64,000 nucleotides of DNA, taken from the NCBI GenBank assembly GCA_963801665.1, contig CAWDFL010000003.1, forward strand, positions 207,697 to 271,696. The letters are read 5' to 3'. Origin of the DNA: an uncultured delta proteobacterium. GTDB taxonomy: Bacteria > Desulfobacterota > Binatia > Binatales > Binataceae. Positions 1 through 9,468 of the stretch are shown here, piece after piece. Under the pieces are notes generated by a model. That model worked only from the letters and a program-made list of their open reading frames with translations, did not search any database and was not told where the DNA came from. Each line of letters starts with the position of its first letter. The stretch's first letter is position 1. Made by a program: the position numbers and the translations under genes.

Positions 1-449
1 GAGATCTCGGCCGAGAGTTTCGCGATTACTTTGGGCGGGCATCGCTTCGACGCCGACGTGCGCAAAGTCGGACCGGACTCCTTTTCGATCCTGATCGACG
101 GGCGTTCATTCGATCTTGACGTCGCGCGCGACGGCGACGCGATCGTGGTCGCATCGCGCACCGGCTCGACGCGCCTCACGCTGGTCGATACGGCCCGTCG
201 CGCATCTCGCGCGGCGAACAAACGCGAAGTCAGCGGCAGGATCGAGATCAAGGCCGGCATGCCGGGCCGCGTGGTTACGGTGCTGGTCGCGTCCGGAGAC
301 GAGGTCCAGTCGGGGCAGGGCGTTGTGACCGTCGAAGCGATGAAGATGGAAAATGAACTCAAGAGCCCAAGGCCGGAAAGGTGACCGAGGTGAAAGTGGT
401 GGCGGGCCAGACCGTGGAAAAGGGCGAGCTGCTCGTGGTGATCGAGTAG
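1..449 (+). CDS. Biotin carboxyl carrier subunit of an acyl-CoA carboxylase (5' partial, frameshift near 368)
   Basis: EAMKMENE biotinylation motif; after a missing C in agcccaag the frame continues [26 protein letters not shown] to TAG at 447-449. Confidence 0.85.
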
Positions 450-463
450 CCGGATTACCGACG

Positions 464-2139
<1,676 letters not shown>

Positions 2140-2283
2140 GGTAGCGCGCCGGGGCGCGATTGTATAAAAGGATTGCGATTTTCGTTCATGCGGCGCGCCC
2201 TCTCGTGATGCCGGTGCGCGCCGCGCGACATCGCTAAAACGAATACGCCGCGGCGCCGCGCGGTCTTGGGAGAATCAGAAGCG

Positions 2284-2847
2284 ATGGGGCCGGTCCCGAA
2301 GGGCGTGTTCTTGACCAAGGGCGTCGGAAAGCATCGCGAGAAGCTCACCTCCTTCGAGATGTCGCTGCGTTCCGCCGGTATCGCCGAATTCAACCTGGTC
2401 CGGGTCAAGTCGATTTTTCCGCCGCACTGCAAGATGCTGACTCAGCAGGAAGGACTCAAGTATCTGAGCTCGGGGCAGATCGTATTTGCGGTGATGAGCG
2501 AGAACGCGACCAACGAACCGCATCGCCTGATCGCGGCCTCGGTCGGCGTCGCGGTTCCGGCCAATCCCGATCAGTACGGCTATCTGTCGGAGCATCACAG
2601 CTTCGGCGAGACCGATCAGAAGGCGGGCGACTATGCCGAAGATCTGGCGGCACAGATGCTCGCGACGATCCTGGGGGTCGATTTCGATCCCAACGCGAGC
2701 TACGACGAGCGCAAGGACATCTGGCGCGTGTCCGACAAAATCGTGACGACGCGCAACGTCACCCAATCGGCGATCGGCGACCGCGACGGGCTGTGGTCCT
2801 CGGTCGTGGCCGCCGCGGTGTTTGTCGATCTGCCCAACGGCAAGTAG
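2284..2847 (+). CDS. pdaD: Pyruvoyl-dependent arginine decarboxylase
   Basis: SFEMSLRSAGIAEFNLVRVKSIFPP and GYLSEHHS motifs of the PvlArgDC/AaxB family. Confidence 0.8.
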   Translation: MGPVPKGVFLTKGVGKHREKLTSFEMSLRSAGIAEFNLVRVKSIFPPHCKMLTQQEGLKYLSSGQIVFAVMSENATNEPHRLIAASVGVAVPANPDQYGYLSEHHSFGETDQKAGDYAEDLAAQMLATILGVDFDPNASYDERKDIWRVSDKIVTTRNVTQSAIGDRDGLWSSVVAAAVFVDLPNGK

Positions 2848-2890
2848 CGGCCGAATTGAATTGGCGCGGCGCCGGGCTTACTCTTAAGCT

Positions 2891-3196
2891 ATGGCAACCG
2901 AAATTCTTTACTGCTCGGCCTGAGGCTATAAACCGCGCGCGGCCAGTCTGGCCGCGTCACTCATTGATCGATTCGGCGAAGACACCGTAATCAAAGCGGG
3001 CAAATCGGGTCAGTTCGACGTTATCGTCGACGGACGCATGATCTTCTCGAAGGCGCAGAGCGGACGCTTCCCGCTCGACGACGAAGTCGAGGAGACCTTC
3101 GAGGCGCTTCGCGACGGTCGCGCACTCCCAGCTCCGGAGAGCAAACCGCCGTCGGCGGGACTTGTAAATCGCGTCCTCAGCAAGCTGCGCAAATGA
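2891..3196 (+). CDS. SelW/SelT/SelH (Rdx family) selenoprotein with in-frame UGA at 2921-2923
   Basis: Hand translation MATEILYCSA(U)GYKPRAASLAASLIDRFGEDTVIKAGKSGQFDVIVDGRMIFSKAQSGRFPLDDEV..., with the Rdx CxxU, GxFxV and RFP motifs. Confidence 0.88.
2938..2956 (+). promoter_or_regulatory. Putative bacterial SECIS hairpin
   Basis: CGCGGCCA-GTC-TGGCCGCG perfect stem with a GU-containing loop about 22 nt after the UGA. Confidence 0.7.
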
Positions 3197-3314
3197 TTTC
3201 GGACGCACGGGTAGGGTGCTGCTCTGCGGCGGTGGCGGTTCGCGAGCCGCCCCTACGCAGACGTAGTTAATTCGAACAAAGTCCGTGCGCATGCGGTCGC
3301 GACCGGAACTCGCT

Positions 3315-4166
3315 TCAGGTCGCGAGAATATTTTCAATTTCGGCCGGCGCGATCCGGATTCCGACATAGAAGGGGCCGAACTTCGCGTACGCGGCACTCG
3401 CTTCGTCGAAGCGCATCTCGTAGACGAGCTTCTTGAACACCAGCGGGTCGTCGGCGAACAGATCGACGCCCCATTCCCAATCATCGAAACCGATCGATCC
3501 CGAAATCACCTGCGTGACTTCGCCCGCGAATCGCCGTCCGACCAGTCCATGCTCGTGCATCAGGCGGCGCCGATCGTCCATCGAGAGCCGATACCAGTTG
3601 TCGGCGCCTTCGCGCTTTTTATCCATCGGATAAAAACACAGGTAGCGGCGCGGCGGAATTTTCGGGAATAGACGCGCCGCGATTTTCTGCCGTTGCGCGG
3701 CGACTTCGGCTTCGACTTCGCGACTCCATTCGGGCGTTTTGGGGCGGATATTTTGCGCGGCGAGGCGAGCATGCAGCGCAACCGTCGCCTCGTAGAGTCC
3801 GATTTCGATCATCGATACGTACGAGGTCGTCGGCTCCAGGTAATCGCTGAGCCTGAGTTTGCCGATCGCGGTTTGCGCTTCGACGAGCTCATCAAAGCTG
3901 CGGCGGAAATGCACCAGGAGCAGGTCGCCTTTGTGCCCCAGGCCCGCGAACGGCGCCGACTCGCCATCCTCGCGCTCGCCCATCTGGCGGAGCGCGTCCG
4001 ACGCTTCCTGCGCGACACTGCTACGCTCCGGCGCGGAGAGCGCTCGCCACGGCGCGCGCCGGATTCGGAACATCTGGTGAAGGATGCTGAAACCTTCAAG
4101 CGTCAGCGGAGCGGCGGGCGGGTCCTCGCGATGGCTCGCCGGGCCGGATGGATTATCGGTCTTCAT
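3315..4166 (-). CDS. hemQ: Coproheme decarboxylase (chlorite dismutase-like family)
   Basis: FYPMDKKR, NWY, LMHEHG, SIGFDDWEWGVDLFADD, KKLVYEMRFDEASA motifs. Confidence 0.8.
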   Translation of the reverse strand: MKTDNPSGPASHREDPPAAPLTLEGFSILHQMFRIRRAPWRALSAPERSSVAQEASDALRQMGEREDGESAPFAGLGHKGDLLLVHFRRSFDELVEAQTAIGKLRLSDYLEPTTSYVSMIEIGLYEATVALHARLAAQNIRPKTPEWSREVEAEVAAQRQKIAARLFPKIPPRRYLCFYPMDKKREGADNWYRLSMDDRRRLMHEHGLVGRRFAGEVTQVISGSIGFDDWEWGVDLFADDPLVFKKLVYEMRFDEASAAYAKFGPFYVGIRIAPAEIENILAT

Positions 4167-4229
4167 GGATCGAATCCTAGATTTTTTTCAGCCGCGTGTC
4201 TTGATAGAGACGGTCCGCATCGCGAAAAG

Positions 4230-5210
4230 TCAGAGTTGAAGATCCAGGCGCGGCAGAACTTCATTCACCAATCGCTCGTACTGGCCCTTCTGATCCCATC
4301 CGGTGATGCGCAGCGTGATCGATTTTGCGCCGTCACCGGCAAGTTCGTGTAAGCTCGCCGCGCACTGCTGGGGCGTGCCGGCGGCGGTCCAGGCTTCGAC
4401 CATCTGCGGCGCGAACACTGGGCCGTAGTATTCGTCGAGGAAGCGTTTGGATTCCGCGAGCGCGGCCTCGCGATCGGAATTGATGTTGATGTTGTGATAC
4501 GCGATGTTCGGGTACGCGGCAGGATCTTTTCCCGCGTCCTTCAGATACTGCGCGAGCTTCGACCAGTTGGCGGCGAAGAGCTTGGGAAAGATATTCACCG
4601 TCATCCATCCGTCCGCGATTTGCGCGACGCGGCGCAACGGCTTCTCCGCCATCTGCGGCGGCGGATTCGCCGCGATCCAAATCGGACACGGGCGCTGCAC
4701 CGGGCGCGGGGTTATTGTCACACCCGAGAACGAGCGGTATTTGCCGGTGAAGCTGACATTGTCCTCGGTCCACAGACGCCGGCAGATTTCGATACTCTCG
4801 GCCATCCGGTTGCCGCGCTGGCCGTCGGTGATTCCCCACACTCCGCCTTCGCGCGCGCTCACGCCGCCGGCGACGATCCCGGTGCAGACCGCCAGCAGCA
4901 TCCGTCCTTGCGAGATCAGATCGAGCGTGGACCACTGATAGGCGAACAGGATCGGATCGCGAATCGGAAAACTCGCCATGCACCCGACGCCGAGCTTTGC
5001 GCGCCGCGTGGCCGAGGAGAGCGCGCCGAGCAGCGCGATCGATTCGGGCCGTGGCTTCGCCATCACGCTGTCGCCCACCCAGATCGAATCAAAGCGTGGA
5101 TTGCGATCCGCTTCGGCGGCGAGCGCGATCATCTCGGGCCAGGTTGAGATTCCAAAAAACACGCCCCGCTGCGGGACCGTGAAACCGATGCTCAATCGCT
5201 GTTGCGCCAT
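4230..5210 (-). CDS. LLM-class flavin-dependent oxidoreductase
   Basis: FDSIWVGDS, TLDLISQGR, PRPVQRPCPIWIAA luciferase-like motifs. Confidence 0.85.
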   Translation of the reverse strand: MAQQRLSIGFTVPQRGVFFGISTWPEMIALAAEADRNPRFDSIWVGDSVMAKPRPESIALLGALSSATRRAKLGVGCMASFPIRDPILFAYQWSTLDLISQGRMLLAVCTGIVAGGVSAREGGVWGITDGQRGNRMAESIEICRRLWTEDNVSFTGKYRSFSGVTITPRPVQRPCPIWIAANPPPQMAEKPLRRVAQIADGWMTVNIFPKLFAANWSKLAQYLKDAGKDPAAYPNIAYHNININSDREAALAESKRFLDEYYGPVFAPQMVEAWTAAGTPQQCAASLHELAGDGAKSITLRITGWDQKGQYERLVNEVLPRLDLQL

Positions 5211-5232
5211 CCTCGTGCATCCTTCGGTTGGA

Positions 5233-6003
5233 TTATTCGATCGTGAGCCGCGCGGAGCGCAGCAGTTCCGTACCGTTGAACTTTCCCGCGCCCGTATCTG
5301 CGCGCAAGGCCGCCGACCAGAGCGAAGGACCGCGCACCTTCAGCCACCGCGCGAGCGGGCTTTGCTCGCTGCGCGGCGCTATCAGCTCGACTTCATAAGC
5401 ACCGATCGCGAACGCCACGCCCGAGGCGTCCAGGTCGAGGCGCCGGCGCGGCGCGGCGGGCCGTCCCAGCACGCGCGCGTAGTATTTGCTGGTCGCGGCG
5501 GGATTCTCGACCGCGAGAGTGACGCGCGCGATTCCGCTCCTTCCGTTGCGATGCGATCGCTCGCGCGGCACCCGTTCGTCGCGCGCGGTTTCGTCCCGGA
5601 TCAGGAAGGGCAACTGCCCGTTGAAGGGAGGCTGCGGAATCGCGAGCACCCAGCTCAGGCGGAAGCCGTCGGGGCGGTCGCGCGTCATCGCCGCGGGATC
5701 GCCAATCGCGGCGCCTGCACGGCGCAACGCGGCGACGTCGGCCTCAAGGTCGTCGGTCCGCATGCAGAAGTCGGTCACACCGCCTCCGAGCTCGAGCGCC
5801 TTGAACCATGGATGACCGGGAACAGGATTGAGGAATGCGATCAACTCGATGTATGAACCGTCGGCGAATGCAATCAGCGCGTTGTGAGTGCCGATATTGT
5901 GCCTGCCGCCGCGTACGACGGTGAATCCGGCGTGAGCGTAGCTCGCGATGGCGGTCTCGAGATCAGCGACCGCGATAACGACATGATCGATTCCGGTGAA
6001 CAT
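5233..6003 (-). CDS. VOC/glyoxalase-like family protein
   Basis: IDHVVIAVADL, GGRH...GTHNALI...YIELIA. Confidence 0.8.
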   Translation of the reverse strand: MFTGIDHVVIAVADLETAIASYAHAGFTVVRGGRHNIGTHNALIAFADGSYIELIAFLNPVPGHPWFKALELGGGVTDFCMRTDDLEADVAALRRAGAAIGDPAAMTRDRPDGFRLSWVLAIPQPPFNGQLPFLIRDETARDERVPRERSHRNGRSGIARVTLAVENPAATSKYYARVLGRPAAPRRRLDLDASGVAFAIGAYEVELIAPRSEQSPLARWLKVRGPSLWSAALRADTGAGKFNGTELLRSARLTIE

Positions 6004-6084
6004 CGACGCCTCCGCGAGGCGCGCGCCTCGTGAGGCAGGGAATACTCGCACTCGCGCGCGGCGGCAAGCGCATCGGGGACGAGT

Positions 6085-6936
6085 TCAGGTGAAAGCGGGG
6101 CTGAGCGGCGCGACGTGAGCGCGGTGATTTTCCTGCGCGTAGCGCCCAGCGAGGTTAAACCATTCGAGTCCCGGCAGCTGCTGCGTCATCGTATCCACCG
6201 CGCCTAAGTCGCGCAGGCCACCGTCATCGGGAAATAGGAATCCGCATACTCGTCGCATCGAGGGATCTCCGCGCACCGACACTCCGACCGGAGTCCAGAA
6301 TCGTCGAAGCAGAAAGCTGGTTAGCTTTTGCGCGGCAGGTTCGCGCAGCCGTCGGCGTGCCTGGTTGTAGTAAAACGCGAAGTGACGGCGTTCGTCCTTG
6401 ATAATCTTTTCCAAAATGGTCGTGAGCAGCGACGGCTCGCGGCTGCGCGCAGAGTCGCCGCCGGTCTGGCGGATCAGAGCCTGATAGCCGGTCAGCGTCG
6501 AGTATTCATTGATGGCACCCAGGGTCATGTGGACGGCGGGGAAGTGGCGCGTCAGGCGCGAGACCAGCCGCGCGACCGGCACGATAGTCTTGTCGAGAAG
6601 GCTGCGGCTGCTGCGCAAGTCTGCGAAGCGGCGGTCGTCGAACTCGACGCCCTGCGCGGCAAGCAGCCGCCGAAGCAGCAGCGAATGAAAAAATTCTTCG
6701 TACGTCCAGCACGACAGAAACGAAGTGATCTCGTTCTCGCGAATAATCGCGGTCGAGAGCAGATCGCGCATATAGACGATCGTGTGCGACTCGATATCCA
6801 TCATATAGGCGAGGCAGAACAGCGCTTCTTCACCGAGACGCGGCTGCGGCGCGCTCCAATTGAAAGCTTCAGGTTTAGTCGCGCCGGAGACGCGCAGATA
6901 GCGGTCCAGATCGAAGTGAGAATTTGTCGACATCAC
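6085..6936 (-). CDS. Ferritin-like (diiron, acyl-ACP desaturase-like) protein
   Basis: DIE, WTYEEFFH, NE and KDERRH ExxH motifs. Confidence 0.75.
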   Translation of the reverse strand: MMSTNSHFDLDRYLRVSGATKPEAFNWSAPQPRLGEEALFCLAYMMDIESHTIVYMRDLLSTAIIRENEITSFLSCWTYEEFFHSLLLRRLLAAQGVEFDDRRFADLRSSRSLLDKTIVPVARLVSRLTRHFPAVHMTLGAINEYSTLTGYQALIRQTGGDSARSREPSLLTTILEKIIKDERRHFAFYYNQARRRLREPAAQKLTSFLLRRFWTPVGVSVRGDPSMRRVCGFLFPDDGGLRDLGAVDTMTQQLPGLEWFNLAGRYAQENHRAHVAPLSPAFT

Positions 6937-6985
6937 ACCAGATATACGCGGTGTGAGCGAATTTGGATTTTCGCGCGGCGGAAAT

Positions 6986-7879
6986 TTATCGGGGAAAATC
7001 GCCCTTCAGATACATCGAGCCGGTGGGCTTATCGGTGCCGCCTGCGGGTTCGAGCGTCACGGCGGACGCGAGAATCAGTTCGCCCGCGGGCGGCATCGTC
7101 AGATCAACGATACTACTTCCTTGTGCCGTGGGCATAAAAGTTCCGGCGCGCATCGGACCGGACTTCTTGCCGATCCACCATACTTCGTAAATCTTGCCAT
7201 TCGGCGGCATCGGCAGTCCGGCGACTTGCAGCAACGCGGTGTGGTTGCTCGGGCTGAGCGCGAGCATCGCGGCGGCCTTCGGCGACACGGGCATCGCCGC
7301 CAGATGCATGAGTTTGGTGTCGGGTGAAAACGCCGCGAGCGTCAGCGTAGTAGTGCTGTCGAGCCGCGACTTGAGCGCGGCGATCTGTTCGGATGCGGAT
7401 TCAATCCCATGTTGCAGCGCATCGATCCGCTGATGCATCGCGGCGATCTCGATATCGGTCGCAGCGCGCGTGGAGGCCAAGTGCGCGCCGAGCTCGAAGT
7501 TCGAATAACCGAGCGCGAGGATCAGCACCGCGGCAGCCGCGCCTATGAACGCCGATGCGCGTCGCATCCGGCGAAAGCGGCGGTCGATCGGATCAATCTC
7601 GAAGGCGGCAGGGCGAACCGCTTCGCTGTGCGGCGCAGCAGACGCGTCGCCGCCAAGCCGCTTGGAGAGAAGCTCCCAGACTCGGGCCGGATGCTCACGG
7701 TCTTCGCCCGCCGAGGCGAACGCAAACGCGGCCAGCGCCTCGCGCAACGAGGCCAGCTCGCGTTCACACTCGTCGCATCGTGCCGCCAGATGCTGCGCAA
7801 GCGCGCGCGCCTCTTCGCCCTCGAGCCGGTCGAGTGCGTACAGCGGCAGCAGAGCTTTCAGTTCGTCGTGCGTCATCAC
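6986..7879 (-). CDS. Anti-sigma factor, RskA-like, with N-terminal ZAS-type motif
   Basis: LLPLYAL...HLAARCDEC, one TM segment, C-terminal YEVWWI...AVTLEPAGG...PT. Confidence 0.85.
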   Translation of the reverse strand: MMTHDELKALLPLYALDRLEGEEARALAQHLAARCDECERELASLREALAAFAFASAGEDREHPARVWELLSKRLGGDASAAPHSEAVRPAAFEIDPIDRRFRRMRRASAFIGAAAAVLILALGYSNFELGAHLASTRAATDIEIAAMHQRIDALQHGIESASEQIAALKSRLDSTTTLTLAAFSPDTKLMHLAAMPVSPKAAAMLALSPSNHTALLQVAGLPMPPNGKIYEVWWIGKKSGPMRAGTFMPTAQGSSIVDLTMPPAGELILASAVTLEPAGGTDKPTGSMYLKGDFPR

Positions 7880-7881
7880 GC

Positions 7882-8442
7882 CTACTCGACGCGTCCCTTG
7901 AGCGCGTCGCGAAGTTTTATCATTGCCGCGCGCATTCTGCTTTTCACCGTTCCCAGTGCGATACCGGTGCGGCCCGCGATTTCCGACTGAGAGAGATCCG
8001 AGAAATAGGCAAGCTCAAGCAGCTCGCGCTCTTCGCTCTTGAGCGCGGCGAGCGCGTCACCGACCCGGCGCCGGCGCTGGGCGCTTTGAATCTCGAGCGT
8101 CGGATCGTCTGCCATCGCGTCAGCGGCCGGATCCTCATCGATACGTTCGCGCGACCTGCGCGCGCGCAGGCGATCGATCGCGCGGCTGCGCGCCAGCATC
8201 ATGACCCACGCAGCGACGGAACCTCGTCCGCGATCGAAGCGCGACGATTCGCGCCACACCTGCCACAGCACGTCGGCGGCAACCTCTTCGGCATCGGCCT
8301 GATTGCCTGTGATTCTGTGCGCAACGGCGGTCACCGCGAAACCATAACGTTGATGAAAAGCCCGCAGGGCATCTTGCCTGCCGGCCGCCATCTCGCCGAT
8401 CAATTCCTCGTCGGGTTTCCGGTTAGCAACGACGCTGGCCAC
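7882..8442 (-). CDS. ECF RNA polymerase sigma factor (SigK-like)
   Basis: DAEEV, ARSRAIDRLR, LSQSEIA...LGTVKSRMR; adjacent anti-sigma gene. Confidence 0.9.
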   Translation of the reverse strand: MASVVANRKPDEELIGEMAAGRQDALRAFHQRYGFAVTAVAHRITGNQADAEEVAADVLWQVWRESSRFDRGRGSVAAWVMMLARSRAIDRLRARRSRERIDEDPAADAMADDPTLEIQSAQRRRRVGDALAALKSEERELLELAYFSDLSQSEIAGRTGIALGTVKSRMRAAMIKLRDALKGRVE

Positions 8443-8674
8443 GTGTTTCTACCCTGATATACGTCGGCGACGTTGCGGTGGACTGCGCTGGTGATTGGCG
8501 CATCGTGCAAATCTCGCCGGCACCCGTCGATGCGGATGACGAAGACATCAGGCGGACCATAAGTCAGTTGGGGAGCGCGCGCAAGAAACTATCTTGGCAC
8601 GGAGCGCGGTTTGCCTCGCGATCAGACGGCATATACGAAGAAGAAAGGCGCAACCGCCGCCGCGTCCGTCTGAA

Positions 8675-9451
8675 ATGAGTACCCCGGAACAACTCAATAC
8701 CTGGCAGCCTGAATCATACGACCGCAACGCAAGGTTCGTGAGCGAACTTGGCGAGCCGGTGCTCGCGATGCTTCAGCCGGTTGCGGGTGAGCGGATCCTC
8801 GACCTCGGATGCGGCGACGGCGTGTTGACGGAAAAGGTTGCGGCGGCGGGCGCAAACGTCGTGGGCGTCGACGCGTCCGAGGCGATGGTCACGGCGGCTC
8901 GCGCGCGCGGGCTTGATGCGCGGGTCGTCAACGGACAGTCGCTGCGGTTCGAGTCCGAATTCGACGCGGTATTCTCGAACGCGGCGCTGCACTGGATGCG
9001 CGAGCCTGACGGCGTGCTGGCGGGAGTGTCGCGCGCGCTGAAGCCGGGCGGCAGATTCGTCGGCGAGTTCGGCGGCCACGGATGCGTAGCCGCGATAATC
9101 GTCGCGCTCGAAGCGGTGCTCGCGCGCCGCGGCATCAGCGGGTCGGCGCAGATTCCCTGGTATTTCCCGACCGCGGACGACTACCGCGAAAGATTGGAGC
9201 GCGCCGGCTTTGCCGTCGATTACCTCGCGATCATTCCGCGTCCTACTCCGCTGCCGACCGGGATCGAAGGATGGCTTGATACCTTCGCCGAGAATTTTCT
9301 CCGTCCGCTTCAGCCTGCCGATCGAAAAAAGGCGCTGGCTGAGGCGATCGAACTGTTGCGCCCGGTTTTGTGCGACGAGCGAGGCCGCTGGACCGCCGAT
9401 TACATCCGCCTGCGCTTCGCCGCGCACCTGATCGACAAAGCATCACGCTGA
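8675..9451 (+). CDS. Class I SAM-dependent methyltransferase
   Basis: ILDLGCGDG, FDAVFSNAALHW, LKPGGRFV. Confidence 0.9.
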   Translation: MSTPEQLNTWQPESYDRNARFVSELGEPVLAMLQPVAGERILDLGCGDGVLTEKVAAAGANVVGVDASEAMVTAARARGLDARVVNGQSLRFESEFDAVFSNAALHWMREPDGVLAGVSRALKPGGRFVGEFGGHGCVAAIIVALEAVLARRGISGSAQIPWYFPTADDYRERLERAGFAVDYLAIIPRPTPLPTGIEGWLDTFAENFLRPLQPADRKKALAEAIELLRPVLCDERGRWTADYIRLRFAAHLIDKASR

Positions 9452-9468
9452 AATTTCGCAGCGCGCGA

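Noticed and set aside
2140-2283. Riboswitch upstream of the arginine decarboxylase
   Set aside because: GC-rich pairing is possible but I recognise no aptamer consensus
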